Part shown: piece by piece, positions 1 to 9,272 of the stretch
Numbering within the stretch: the stretch's first letter is position 1
Layout: each line of letters begins with the position of its first letter
Assembly: GCA_035531315.1 (NCBI GenBank)
Contig: DATKTD010000340.1
Coordinates: forward strand, 4,731-68,730
Reading direction: 5' to 3'
Source: Rectinemataceae bacterium
Lineage (GTDB): Bacteria; Spirochaetota; Spirochaetia; Treponematales; Rectinemataceae
Length of the DNA stretch: 64,000 nt
Translations under genes and position numbers: made by a program
Notes under the pieces: model-generated
The model's input: only the letters and a program-made list of their open reading frames with translations
Databases searched by the model: none
What the model was told of the DNA's origin: nothing

Positions 1-308
1 ACGACGCTCACGGCGCATCCGTCGCCCGAGCGGAGCGACTCGCGGTAGTCGACTTCGATCCGGAAGACGATCGCGTCGAGGCCCTCTTCGTGCATCGCCA
101 CGAAGTCGACGCCGCGGGACCGGAGAAAGCTATGCCGCGCGTGTTCATAATAATGCAGATAATTAGCGTTGTTGACGATTCCCTGGGCGTCGAGCTCGCT
201 GTCCCGAACCTCGATATCGATGAAGAAGGGCCGACCGGCCCTCGCGCCTTCGACCGCGGCGGCCCCCGCCTCCCCGGCGGACTCCTTCGCGCCACCCTCA
301 GAGATCAT
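1..308 (-). CDS. acyl-CoA thioesterase, 4HBT/YbgC-like hot-dog fold (N-terminal part; gene runs off the left edge)
   Basis: Absent from the ORF track because it has no stop inside the window. My translation of the minus strand from ATG 308-306 is MISEGGAKESAGEAGAAAVEGARAGRPFFIDIEVRDSELDAQGIVNNANYLHYYEHARHSFLRSRGVDFVAMHEEGLDAIVFRIEVDYRESLRSGDGCAVSV, open to base 2. The core pattern V.R..D.D..G.V.NA.YL.Y.E.AR..FL is typical of 4-hydroxybenzoyl-CoA-thioesterase-family proteins. The ATG overlaps the end of the upstream gene by 11 nt. Confidence 0.7.
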   Translation of the reverse strand, partial: MISEGGAKESAGEAGAAAVEGARAGRPFFIDIEVRDSELDAQGIVNNANYLHYYEHARHSFLRSRGVDFVAMHEEGLDAIVFRIEVDYRESLRSGDGCAVSV

Positions 309-1707
309 ATACTTCCCCGTACTTCACCACCTGCACCTCCTTCACCCCCTTCTCGCGGAGGAAGGCCGCCTGGTGGGCGATGGCCGCGGGTTCGCCGTGG
401 ACGAGGAAGATCTTCTTGAGCCGCGACAGGTCGAGGCCCGAAAGCCAGTCCCAGACCTCCGAATAATCCGCATGGGCTGAGAAAGCGTTGATCTCCTCGA
501 CCCGCGCGTTGACCCGGAATATGTCGCCATGGATGCGCACCTCCTTTTCGCGGTCCCTGATGCGGCGACCGAGGGTGTGCTCGGCCATGAAGCCGACGAT
601 GAGGATGGTGTTGTTGGGGTCGGAGATGGTGTGGATGAGGTGATGCTGGATACGCCCCGCCTCGCACATGCCATCCGCGGAGATGATGATGGCCGGTCCC
701 TCGAGGTCGTTGAGGCGCTTGGAATCCTCGACGCTCTGGCTGAAATGGAGGCTGTTGAAGCCGAAGGGATTCTGATGGTGCTTGATGAAGGCCTCGTGGG
801 TTTCGCGGCCGTAGCATTCGGGATGGATCTGGAAGATGGAGGTCGCGTTGATGGCCATGGGGGAATCGACGAAGATGGGGATCTCGGGAATCCGCTTGGC
901 GTCGACCAGTACGTGGAAATAATAGACGAGCTCCTGCGTCCTTTCGATCGCGAAGGCAGGAATGACGATCTTGCCGCCGCGCTTGGCCGTTTCGTTGACG
1001 ATGTCGGCCAGGCTGTCGAGGGCCGCGGTCTGGGACTCGTGGAGGCGATCGCCATAGGTCGATTCGATGACGAGATAATCGCAGGGAGGCACGGGCTCGG
1101 GATCGGCGATGATGGGCTTGCCCTTTCGACCGAGGTCGCCCGTGAAGCCGATGGTGATCTCGCGGCCCGATCGATCCCTGGCATGCATGTAGGCGATGGC
1201 GGAGCCGAGGATGTGCCCCGCGTCGAAGAGCTCGATCTTCATCCCGTCGCCGATGGGCATGGGCCGGTGATAGGACACGGTGACGAACTGCCCCTCCACG
1301 GCGACGACGTCGTCCTCGTCATAGAGGGGCTTCCATTCGAATTTCTGTCCCTTCTTCGCCGCCTGCTTGCCCAGGTACTCCGCGTCGCGGGCCTGGATGG
1401 CGGCCGAGTCCATCATCACGAGGCCCGCGAGGTCGCGGGTCGCCGGCGTCGCGTAAACGTTCCCCCTGTAGCCCCGTTTCGCGAGGAGGGGCAGCATGCC
1501 GCAATGATCGAAGTGCGCGTGGGTGAGTACCACCGAGGCTATGCTCTCGGGGTCCTTCACGAGGGCGCGGTTCTTCTTTTCCGCCTCCTCGCGCCTGCCC
1601 TGGAAGGCTCCGCAGTCGATCAGGCAACGCGAGCCGTCGACCGAAATGATGTGCTTGGAGCCCGTGACTTCGCCGGCCCCGCCCTCGGAATGCAATCGTA
1701 TGCTCAT
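298..1707 (-). CDS. MBL-fold metallo-hydrolase with beta-CASP / RNA-specificity domain (RNase J / CPSF-like)
   Basis: Track ORF 298..1827, with the start trimmed to ATG 1707 (MSIRLHSEGGAGEVTGSKH). Motifs seen: THAHFDHCG (HxHxDH), ESTYGDR, FSAHADY. Confidence 0.85.
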   Translation of the reverse strand: MSIRLHSEGGAGEVTGSKHIISVDGSRCLIDCGAFQGRREEAEKKNRALVKDPESIASVVLTHAHFDHCGMLPLLAKRGYRGNVYATPATRDLAGLVMMDSAAIQARDAEYLGKQAAKKGQKFEWKPLYDEDDVVAVEGQFVTVSYHRPMPIGDGMKIELFDAGHILGSAIAYMHARDRSGREITIGFTGDLGRKGKPIIADPEPVPPCDYLVIESTYGDRLHESQTAALDSLADIVNETAKRGGKIVIPAFAIERTQELVYYFHVLVDAKRIPEIPIFVDSPMAINATSIFQIHPECYGRETHEAFIKHHQNPFGFNSLHFSQSVEDSKRLNDLEGPAIIISADGMCEAGRIQHHLIHTISDPNNTILIVGFMAEHTLGRRIRDREKEVRIHGDIFRVNARVEEINAFSAHADYSEVWDWLSGLDLSRLKKIFLVHGEPAAIAHQAAFLREKGVKEVQVVKYGEVYDL

Positions 1708-1897
1708 GGAGGCAATCCTAATCGAGGGGAGGCCGGGACGCAAACCCGAAGGGTGGGTGGAGGCCCGACGCCAGCGATGGACAGGCTTCCCCTCCTGCTG
1801 TAGATTGGCGTGGCGGCCCTCGCACAACGTGCGGAGGCCCCCCCTCGGGCGGCGCCATGCCGATAAACGGCGCCATCACATTTCCCGCCAGGGCGCG

Positions 1898-3241
1898 ATG
1901 CGCGATGCGATGGAGCGAAGATTTTATAAGCACACGATGAAAAACAGCCCACGAATGGGACCCTCCGCGAGGAGGGCTCCGAGACCACAGACGGGCAGCT
2001 CCCCGGCATGGATGGACAGACGGATTGGCGCTCTTGGCGCAAGAAAGGCGCTTAGAGAGAGTCAGTCGCGTTTCCGCCGAGTCATCGAGGACGCGGCGAT
2101 GCCCATCATGATCCACGCCGACGACCGGAGCATAGAACTCGTCAATCGAGCCTGGAGCGATCTCACGGGCTACAGCGCCGAATGCCTTCGCAACACGGTA
2201 GACTGGGCCCGCCTGGCATATGGCGAGCACGCCCAAAAGTACCTCGACGAGGCCAAACGACTCTTCACTTTAGCGGGCAGGGACGAGCCTCAAGAGCGCA
2301 AGATAAGGACCAAGGACGGTAGGGTCCTCGTCTGGATGGTCAGCTCAGCCATCCTCGATCGGCGCAGGGAAGGGAAGAAAACGATCATCACGACCGCCGT
2401 GGACATCACCGAGCGAGTCGCCGCGGAGCGCGAGGTCTTGCGGCAACAGCGTCTTCTCGTCCAGTCCGAGAAAATGGCCGCCCTCGGCGTCCTCGTGGCA
2501 GGCGTGGCCCACGAGATCAACAATCCCAACCACGCGGTGCGGATGGGCGCCACCCTGATCTCACGCATATGGAATTCGCTCCTCCCCATCCTCGACGAGG
2601 CCTTGGCCGGCGAACATGACAGCCTCGTCGGGGGCATCGAATACGGCGAGCTGAGGAAGCGGATGCCATCGCTTCTCAAGAGCATGACCGAGGCTTCCGG
2701 CCATATCGACAGCATCGTCCGCAGCCTCACGGACTATTCGCGAGCCGACGAAGGCGAGGCCATGGAGGAGATCGATATCGGAAAGGTGGTCAAGGCCTCG
2801 GTGGATCTTCTGCGCGGATACATCGAGCGCCTCGCCCCCGGATTCCGCCTCGAGCTCGCCCCCTCCCTGCCGACCGTACGGGCCGGTTTTCACGGTCTCG
2901 AACAGGTGCTGGTCAACCTCATCCAGAACGCCTGTCAGGCCCTCGACGATCCGGCGAAGGAGATAGTCGTCAGCAGTTCCTTCGAGGAGGCGTCCGGGCG
3001 GGTGAGGCTCGTCGTTCGCGACGAGGGGAGGGGGATGAGCAGGGAAGTGCTCGAGCATATCCGCGATCCCTTCTTCACCACCAAGGGGGGCCGGGAGGGC
3101 CTTGGACTCGGCATCACCATTTCTGCCGAGATCGTGGAGAAATTCGGCGGCAGCCTCGAGTTCGACTCCGCGCCCGGCATGGGCACCAGCGCCATCCTCG
3201 AATTGCCCATGGCGTCCGGCGCAGGAGAATCGGTGGCATGA
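1898..3241 (+). CDS. cytoplasmic PAS-domain sensor histidine kinase
   Basis: This is the 3' part of track ORF 1523..3241; the 5' part overlaps the divergent gene and is junk. PAS region: RFRRVIEDAAMPIMIHADDRSIELVNRAWSDLTGYS. H-box VAHEINNPNHAV, N-box LVNLIQNACQAL, G-boxes DEGRGM and GLGLGITI. The start is uncertain: in-frame ATGs lie at 1898, 1910, 1937 and 2012, and 1937 sits 6 nt after a TATAAG box. Confidence 0.85.
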   Translation: MRDAMERRFYKHTMKNSPRMGPSARRAPRPQTGSSPAWMDRRIGALGARKALRESQSRFRRVIEDAAMPIMIHADDRSIELVNRAWSDLTGYSAECLRNTVDWARLAYGEHAQKYLDEAKRLFTLAGRDEPQERKIRTKDGRVLVWMVSSAILDRRREGKKTIITTAVDITERVAAEREVLRQQRLLVQSEKMAALGVLVAGVAHEINNPNHAVRMGATLISRIWNSLLPILDEALAGEHDSLVGGIEYGELRKRMPSLLKSMTEASGHIDSIVRSLTDYSRADEGEAMEEIDIGKVVKASVDLLRGYIERLAPGFRLELAPSLPTVRAGFHGLEQVLVNLIQNACQALDDPAKEIVVSSSFEEASGRVRLVVRDEGRGMSREVLEHIRDPFFTTKGGREGLGLGITISAEIVEKFGGSLEFDSAPGMGTSAILELPMASGAGESVA

Positions 3242-4650
3242 GCGAGAGACCCTACCCCGCCTTCCCGATCGCGATCGTCGACGACGAGGAATACACCCTG
3301 GTCTGCGTCGAGGATCTCCTCCGGGCGGAGGGGATCACCAATGTCCTTCCCGTCAGGGATCCGAAGGCCCTGCCCGCCCTCATCGAGGAGTCGTCCATCG
3401 GCCTCGTCCTCCTCGATCTGGCTTTGCCCGGCATGGATGGGAGGGAGCTGCTGGCCCTCATCCGCAGGGACCATCCCCAGGTCGCCGTGATCGTCATAAC
3501 CGGCAACAGGGACATAGAACGCGCCGTCGAGTGCATGAGGCTTGGCGCCTCGGACTATCTGACCAAGCCCGTCGACGGGGCGAGGATGGTGATATCGCTC
3601 AGGCATCTCATCGAGATGCAGGAGCTTGTCAACGAGAACCTCGACATGCGCGATCGCCTTCTCTCCCCACGCCGGGAACGGTCCGCGGCCTTCGGTGCGA
3701 TCACCACGGCCGGGCAGACCATGGGCCCCATCCTCGACTACGCCGAAATGATAGCACCCAGTTCGCATCCCGTGCTGATAACGGGCGAAACCGGTGTCGG
3801 CAAGGAGCTATTCGCCAAGGCCATCCACGATCAGAGCGGCCGCGAAGGGGACTTCGTAGCGGTGAACGTCGCGGGCCTCGACGACGCCTTCTTTTCCGAC
3901 CTCCTGTTCGGCCACCGGGCGGGAGCCTACACCGGTTCGCAGGGCGGCCTCGAGGGCCTCATCGAACGCGCGAACAACGGCAGTCTCTTTCTCGACGAGA
4001 TAGGCGACCTTTCCCACTCCTCGCAGGTCAAGCTGCTTCGCGTCATCGAGTCGGGGGAGTACTACCCCCTCGGATCGGACCTCCTCAAGCGGAGCAAGGC
4101 CAGGATCATCGTCGCCACGAATCGCGATCTCCGCAAGGCCCTCGAATCGGGAGAGTTCAGGAAGGATCTCTTTTTCCGCCTCAACGGCCACCGCCTCCAC
4201 ATCCCGCCCCTGCGGGAGAGGAAGGAAGACATACCCTTTCTCGTGGAGCGTTTTTTCGCCGAATCCGCCGTGGAGCTTTCGAAAAAGTTCCCGAGCCTCC
4301 CTCCCGAACTCTCCGGCCTCCTTCGTTCCCACGATTTCCCCGGGAACGTGCGCGAGCTCCGGGCGATGATCTTCGATGCGGTCAATTGCCACAAAGGAGG
4401 AGTGCTGTCCCTTCGAAGCTTCAAAGAAGCCATCGACGAAAAACGGAGGACGGCGGTCGCGACTCCGGCCGGCATGGCCTTCCCCTGCCCCCTGCCCACT
4501 CTCAAGGAGCTTTCCGGGCTCCTCTTTGACGAGGCGCTCAGGCGGGCGGATGGCAATCAGAGTCTGGCGGCCCGTCTCCTCGGCATCAGTCCCCAGGCCG
4601 TCAGCAAACGCCTCAAAGCCAAACAGACGAAGGCCGACAACCTGGGTTGA
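3238..4650 (+). CDS. sigma-54-dependent response regulator (NtrC family: REC + AAA+ + Fis-type HTH)
   Basis: The ATG overlaps the kinase stop (ATGA). REC: IAIVDDEE...LVLLDLALPGMDG...DYLTKP. Walker A: GETGVGKELFAKAIH. GAFTGA-like loop GAYTGS, plus ESGEYYPLGS. C-terminal HTH: QSLAARLLGISPQAVSKRLK. Confidence 0.93.
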   Translation: MSERPYPAFPIAIVDDEEYTLVCVEDLLRAEGITNVLPVRDPKALPALIEESSIGLVLLDLALPGMDGRELLALIRRDHPQVAVIVITGNRDIERAVECMRLGASDYLTKPVDGARMVISLRHLIEMQELVNENLDMRDRLLSPRRERSAAFGAITTAGQTMGPILDYAEMIAPSSHPVLITGETGVGKELFAKAIHDQSGREGDFVAVNVAGLDDAFFSDLLFGHRAGAYTGSQGGLEGLIERANNGSLFLDEIGDLSHSSQVKLLRVIESGEYYPLGSDLLKRSKARIIVATNRDLRKALESGEFRKDLFFRLNGHRLHIPPLRERKEDIPFLVERFFAESAVELSKKFPSLPPELSGLLRSHDFPGNVRELRAMIFDAVNCHKGGVLSLRSFKEAIDEKRRTAVATPAGMAFPCPLPTLKELSGLLFDEALRRADGNQSLAARLLGISPQAVSKRLKAKQTKADNLG

Positions 4651-4813
4651 TACCTCAACCTCCCTACGCCAGCGCAAGTCGCTTCGCCGCCATCAATAAG
4701 CTTGCATTGGCTCAAGACCTTCAACCCCGATTGCAGCCCCGCGCTTGTCGATGGGCCTCCTCCACGGTGCCGAAGGCTTTATCCTGCATGCACTTCCCCG
4801 GCTTTCTCAGCCT

Positions 4814-4829
4814 TGGCATGAAGATTGCT
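4814..4829 (+). promoter_or_regulatory. sigma-54 (-24/-12) promoter upstream of the MCP gene
   Basis: TGGCAT-gaaga-TTGCT matches the TGGCAC-N5-TTGCW consensus with correct GG/GC spacing. It lies 65 nt upstream of ATG 4895 and directly downstream of a sigma-54 activator gene. Confidence 0.7.
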
Positions 4830-4894
4830 AAAAGGGTTGCGGGATTCGATCGGAACCTTGCCGAGACCTCGAAGCCGGCTGCAGGAGGATACGC

Positions 4895-6613
4895 ATGAAA
4901 ATAGGAATGAAGTTAATCATCGGATTTCTCGGAGTGGCGATCATCGCCTTTGGCGTGGGATTGTTCGGCGTCACCAGTCTTGCCCAGATATCCGCGCGTG
5001 GCATGCGGGCCTTCACCTATGATACGGCACCGCTCGGCAATCTTTCACGCATGACCGATTCGATGCTGAACGCCTTCATGGCCATGAAGGACATGGCCCA
5101 ATTCAAGGGCGACCAGGGAAGCGCCGCGAGGAATTCGATAGCCGGGTTCAGGGCCACCTTCGACAAGAACGCGGCGATCTACAAGCAAAGCATAACGGAT
5201 TCCGGGGATCAGCAGAATTTCGACAGCCTCATGGCCAAATGGAAGACCCTCAACGACCTGAGCGACAGGCTGGTCGTTTTCGACGCGGCGAACAAGGACT
5301 CCGAAGAACAGACCTTGATAGCTGCGGAGGGGGAGAAGGATGGCACGGCGGTGGAGGGAACGATCAGGGCCATGGTCGACGCCAACCTCGCGTCAGCGAA
5401 GACCCGCTCGGACAAGAACCTCGTCTTGGCCGCGGAAGCGAGACTCACCATGCTCCTGGTGCTGGGCCTCGAAACCATCGTCTCCATCCTCGTCGGACTC
5501 CTCCTCTCCCGCTCGATCACCAGACCCCTCGGCCAGGCCGTCGATCTGGCGGGAAGGATAGCGAAGGGCGATCTCCGGACGGATATCGACGAGAGGCACC
5601 AGACACGGAAGGACGAGGTGGGAGTCCTCGCCGGGGCCCTCACCGAAATGGTGACGAGCCTCAGGGACATCGTCATCTCCGTCACCACCTCGGCCGACAA
5701 CGTGAGCATCGGCAGTCAGGGCATCAGTTCGACGGCCCAGCAGCTTTCGCAGGGAGCCACCGAGCAGGCCTCCTCGGCCGAGGAGGTCAGCGCCTCGGTG
5801 GAGGAGATGGCGGCCACGATCAAGCAGAACGCGGACAATTCCCAGGCCGCCGAGGGAATCGCCCGGAAAAGTTCGGGCGACGCCAAGAAGGGCGGCAATT
5901 CCGTCGTCGAGACGGTGAGCGCCATGAAGGACATCGCTGGACGGATCGGCATCATCGAGGAGATAGCGAGGCAGACCAACCTCCTCGCCCTCAACGCGGC
6001 CATCGAGGCCGCGCGCGCGGGCGAGGCGGGGAAGGGCTTCGCCGTCGTCGCCAGCGAGGTGCGAAAGCTCGCCGAACGCTCGCAGAGCGCCTCCAAAGAT
6101 ATCTCCGAGCTATCGGGTAAGAGCGTTTCGGTCGCCGAGGAGGCGGGTGCCCTCATACAGTCGGTCGTTCCCGACATCCAGAAGACCGCCGAAGTCGTAC
6201 AGGAAATCTCCTCGGCAAGCAAGGAGCAAAGCACGGGCGTCGAGCAGATCGGCAAGGCCGTCGCCCAGCTCGATTCCGTGATTCAGCAGAACGCGGCGGC
6301 TTCGGAAGAACTTGCCTCTATGGCGGAAGAGCTCAACAGCCAGGCCACCCAGCTAGCCCGGACCCTGGCCTACTTCAAGCTGCCTTCCGAAATGAACGCC
6401 CATGAGGCCGGCTCGAGCGCCGGCACCACCTTGGCCCGGCATGAGGTGAGGGTCGCCCACGCCGCCAATGCCTCGGGCAGACTCGCCATCACCGCCTCCT
6501 CCGCGCAAGGAGGCTCAAAGGCCCATGGCGGCGAAAGGCCGGCGAGACAGCTGGCCAAGGCCGCCATCACTCCAGTCGGCAGCATTGCCGACTCGGATTT
6601 CGAATCATTCTGA
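4895..6613 (+). CDS. methyl-accepting chemotaxis protein (helical sensor domain, HAMP, MA domain)
   Basis: RBS GGAGGA lies 6 nt upstream. Two TM segments, then the signalling hairpin [39 protein letters not shown]. Confidence 0.93.
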   Translation: MKIGMKLIIGFLGVAIIAFGVGLFGVTSLAQISARGMRAFTYDTAPLGNLSRMTDSMLNAFMAMKDMAQFKGDQGSAARNSIAGFRATFDKNAAIYKQSITDSGDQQNFDSLMAKWKTLNDLSDRLVVFDAANKDSEEQTLIAAEGEKDGTAVEGTIRAMVDANLASAKTRSDKNLVLAAEARLTMLLVLGLETIVSILVGLLLSRSITRPLGQAVDLAGRIAKGDLRTDIDERHQTRKDEVGVLAGALTEMVTSLRDIVISVTTSADNVSIGSQGISSTAQQLSQGATEQASSAEEVSASVEEMAATIKQNADNSQAAEGIARKSSGDAKKGGNSVVETVSAMKDIAGRIGIIEEIARQTNLLALNAAIEAARAGEAGKGFAVVASEVRKLAERSQSASKDISELSGKSVSVAEEAGALIQSVVPDIQKTAEVVQEISSASKEQSTGVEQIGKAVAQLDSVIQQNAAASEELASMAEELNSQATQLARTLAYFKLPSEMNAHEAGSSAGTTLARHEVRVAHAANASGRLAITASSAQGGSKAHGGERPARQLAKAAITPVGSIADSDFESF

Positions 6614-6625
6614 AGGACCTCCGCA

Positions 6626-7108
6626 ATGCAGTACCTGAGCTTTCGATTAAATGGCGTCAGGTACGCCGTGGATGTCACCATCGTCGAGACCGTCGTCGAG
6701 GACAATGAGACGACGGCGGTCCCGAGCCCCGTGGAATACATGAAGGGAGTGATGGATCTCCGCGACCAGGTGATACCCGTCATCAACCTGCGCAAGAAGT
6801 TCGGTCTGGAGGACAGCCTCGGCAAGCACCGGGCGAGCATCATCGTCGCCAGGGTCGATGGCGGAGGAGGGAAGACCCTGATGGTGGGAGCCCTCGTCGA
6901 CGAGGTATCCGCCGTGGTGGATATCGATGAGACGAGCATCGAGGCTGCGCGATCCGAAGGAGCCGCGCTCTGGGAACGCTACGAGGGCCAGGCCTGCCGC
7001 CATGGTTTCGGTCCTGCCCTCAAATCCCGAAGCGCAGCACGAAGGAGCTGCCCGCCCCCGTGTCCAGCTCCAAGCTCCCTCTCAGCTCCTTCTCCACGAG
7101 GAGTCTGA
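6626..7108 (+). CDS. cheW: CheW-like coupling protein (atypical C-terminus)
   Basis: It starts 12 nt after the MCP stop. N-terminus: MQYLSFRLNGVRYAVDVTIVETVVE...VPSPVEYMKGVMDLRDQVIPVINLRKKFG. The last ~30 codons are P/S/C-rich and overlap the convergent kinase gene by 89 nt. Confidence 0.75.
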   Translation: MQYLSFRLNGVRYAVDVTIVETVVEDNETTAVPSPVEYMKGVMDLRDQVIPVINLRKKFGLEDSLGKHRASIIVARVDGGGGKTLMVGALVDEVSAVVDIDETSIEAARSEGAALWERYEGQACRHGFGPALKSRSAARRSCPPPCPAPSSLSAPSPRGV

Positions 7109-9170
7109 TGAGGGTCATGCCCATCGTCGACGAGCTTCCGGGCAGACGAGGATCGACGCCTATCCCGTCGTCGGAGACCAGGAGCCGCGCCTGGCCTTGG
7201 TCGACCTCGAGCGCGACTCTAATCGTGCCGCTGCGGCCGCCGGGAAAGGCGTACTTCGCGGCGTTCGTGAAAAGCTCGTTCACGATGAGGCCGAGGGCGA
7301 TGGCGCGTTTGGTGTCCAGCATCAGGGTCCCGGTCTCGACGAGGAGACGAACCCGCGACTGCCCCGCGAAGAAGGCGGCGAAGATCGACCTCGCGAGGCC
7401 CTCGAGGTAGACCCCGAAATCGAGCGAATCGACGCTTTCCGCCAGGTAGAGCCTCTCGTAGATCGCCGACATCGAATTGATGCGCGAACGCGTATCGTCG
7501 AGAACGTCGATGGCCCTCTGCTCCCTCAGTTCGCCCATGGCGATGCTAAGGAGGCTCGAGACGATGCCGAGGCTGTTCTTCACCCGGTGTTGGAGCTCCT
7601 TCATCAGGACCTCCTTGTTCCGGACGAGCTGGTTGAGGGCCTCGTTCGCCCGGAGCTCCTCGGTGATGTCCCTGAAGATCACCGTCGCGCCGGAGTATTC
7701 CCCGGTCGACCTGCCCAGCGGCGCGGCGTTGACCCTGAGCCATCTCCACTGGCCGTCTCGGCGTCTGACCCGCAGCGTGTAGTCCGAGGATTCGCCCTGG
7801 GCCCGTTTCGCGTTCTCCGCCTCGATGATCGCCCTGCCCTCGTCGTCGAGGTAGCTCAGGAAACAAGTCCCGAGCAGCTCCCCCGGACCGACGCCGAGGA
7901 CCCTCTCGCAGGAAGGATTGGCCATCCTGAAGACTTCCTTGTCGTCCACGTAACAGAAACCCACGCCGATCGAGTTGAGGAGGTCGGAGTAGCGTCTGTT
8001 CGCCTCCCGGAGTTCACCCTCCCGGCCTCGGGCCTCCGTGATGTCCACGATGTGCGAAATCAGGAAATTGGCGCCGTCGGCGTTCCGCACGAAGGCCGTG
8101 CTGACTTCCGTCCAGATGGCCCTGCCGTCCCGGTGGAGGTAGCGCTTCATGATGTGGCCGGTTCCGGAGCCCGCCGCGACGAGGCCGTCCAAGGACGCCT
8201 TGCTCATCGCGCGGTCGTCGGGGTGGGTGAGCTCCGCGAAATCCATCGCGTTTATCTCGGTCATCGAAAGCCCGAGCATGGCGCAGAAGGCGCGATTGAC
8301 CATGCGGAGCTGGTTGTCGAGGGTGGTGAGGACGATGCCGATGGGCGAATTCTCGAAGGCAAGCCTGAATTTACGCTCGCTCTCGTCGCGGTCCCTCTCG
8401 AGACTCTTCAGCTCGCTGACGTCCTTCGTGATCGAAATCACGCAGGCCTCGCCCTCGACCTCGATGAGGCGTGCCGACATCAGCCCCGTGATGACAGCGC
8501 CGTCCTTGCGCCGGAATTCGGCCTCGAGATTCAGGACCTCCCCGCCTCGCCGAAGGCCTTGGACGAGCCGAGCCCTGTCCTCGGCGCGCGCCCAGACCCC
8601 GAGATCGCCGGGGAGGGAGGAGCGACCGAGAACATCGGCCTTGGCGTAGCCGGTCATGTTGGTGAAACCCTGATTGACGTCCACATAGACGCCGTCGGAC
8701 AGGCGATTGATATTGATCGAATCGGGATTGAGGTAAAAGGCCTTGGCGAATTTCTCCTCGGACAGGGTGAGCCTTTCGTTCGCGCCGCGAAGCGAATCGA
8801 GACTCGCGTGGAGCTCCTTCGCGATCCTCTCGTGCTCCCCGCTCAGGGCAACGAGTCGCCTCTCCGCGTCGAGGAGTCCCCTTCCCAGTTCGCCCTCCAC
8901 GAGAAGAAAGTCGCTCGAGCCCTGGTTCCGATCGACGACCGCCTCCACCTCCCCGAGTTCCGAGGCGAGCAGCACGCGATAGCCGGCATCCTGGAGCCGC
9001 GCCCTCGTGATCGCGGCGGCCTCAAGATCGGTCTCGACGAGGAGTATGCTCCTACGCTCATCCACCGGGCTTCCTCCCGAAACGAGCAGCTCGTCCTTAC
9101 GGCGAGCGCCGAAGAGTCGACAGGGCCCCATGCCAGGGCATCGCTCAATCGGCGCAGATCGGGCGATCAC
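7020..9170 (-). CDS. REC-like + 3x PAS + HisKA_2-type histidine kinase
   Basis: GTG start at 9170, with an alternative ATG at 9131. N-terminal receiver-like segment: SILLVETD...DFLLVEGELG. Repeated PAS segments. H-box LQHRVKNSLGIVSSLLSI. ATPase motifs: LIVNELFTNAAKYAF, SDDGIG, GMTLI. Confidence 0.88.
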   Translation of the reverse strand: MIARSAPIERCPGMGPCRLFGARRKDELLVSGGSPVDERRSILLVETDLEAAAITRARLQDAGYRVLLASELGEVEAVVDRNQGSSDFLLVEGELGRGLLDAERRLVALSGEHERIAKELHASLDSLRGANERLTLSEEKFAKAFYLNPDSININRLSDGVYVDVNQGFTNMTGYAKADVLGRSSLPGDLGVWARAEDRARLVQGLRRGGEVLNLEAEFRRKDGAVITGLMSARLIEVEGEACVISITKDVSELKSLERDRDESERKFRLAFENSPIGIVLTTLDNQLRMVNRAFCAMLGLSMTEINAMDFAELTHPDDRAMSKASLDGLVAAGSGTGHIMKRYLHRDGRAIWTEVSTAFVRNADGANFLISHIVDITEARGREGELREANRRYSDLLNSIGVGFCYVDDKEVFRMANPSCERVLGVGPGELLGTCFLSYLDDEGRAIIEAENAKRAQGESSDYTLRVRRRDGQWRWLRVNAAPLGRSTGEYSGATVIFRDITEELRANEALNQLVRNKEVLMKELQHRVKNSLGIVSSLLSIAMGELREQRAIDVLDDTRSRINSMSAIYERLYLAESVDSLDFGVYLEGLARSIFAAFFAGQSRVRLLVETGTLMLDTKRAIALGLIVNELFTNAAKYAFPGGRSGTIRVALEVDQGQARLLVSDDGIGVDPRLPGSSSTMGMTLIRLLVEKELRGSLELDTGAGSSFVLRFGI

Positions 9171-9272
9171 TCCCGCCCATCCCAGTCTCGGCGGGATTAT
9201 GTCCCATTCTGAGCCTGATTTGAAGAGCGTCTCGAAAGGAGGTCTTGCCTTGGCGGCCCGGCAGCCGGCGGA

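Noticed and set aside
6950-7020. Frameshift in cheW that would restore a canonical C-terminus (the +1 frame reads ...GNATRARPAAMVSVLPS...)
   Set aside because: The resemblance to the CheW C-terminal strand is vague. The alternative frame has no nearby stop, because it runs into the 761-aa antisense ORF. There is no support for a simple frameshift.
6927-9212. 761-aa plus-strand ORF
   Set aside because: It is antisense to the REC-PAS-HisKA_2 kinase, which has clear H-box and ATPase motifs. The plus-strand translation is R/E/G/P-rich and featureless.
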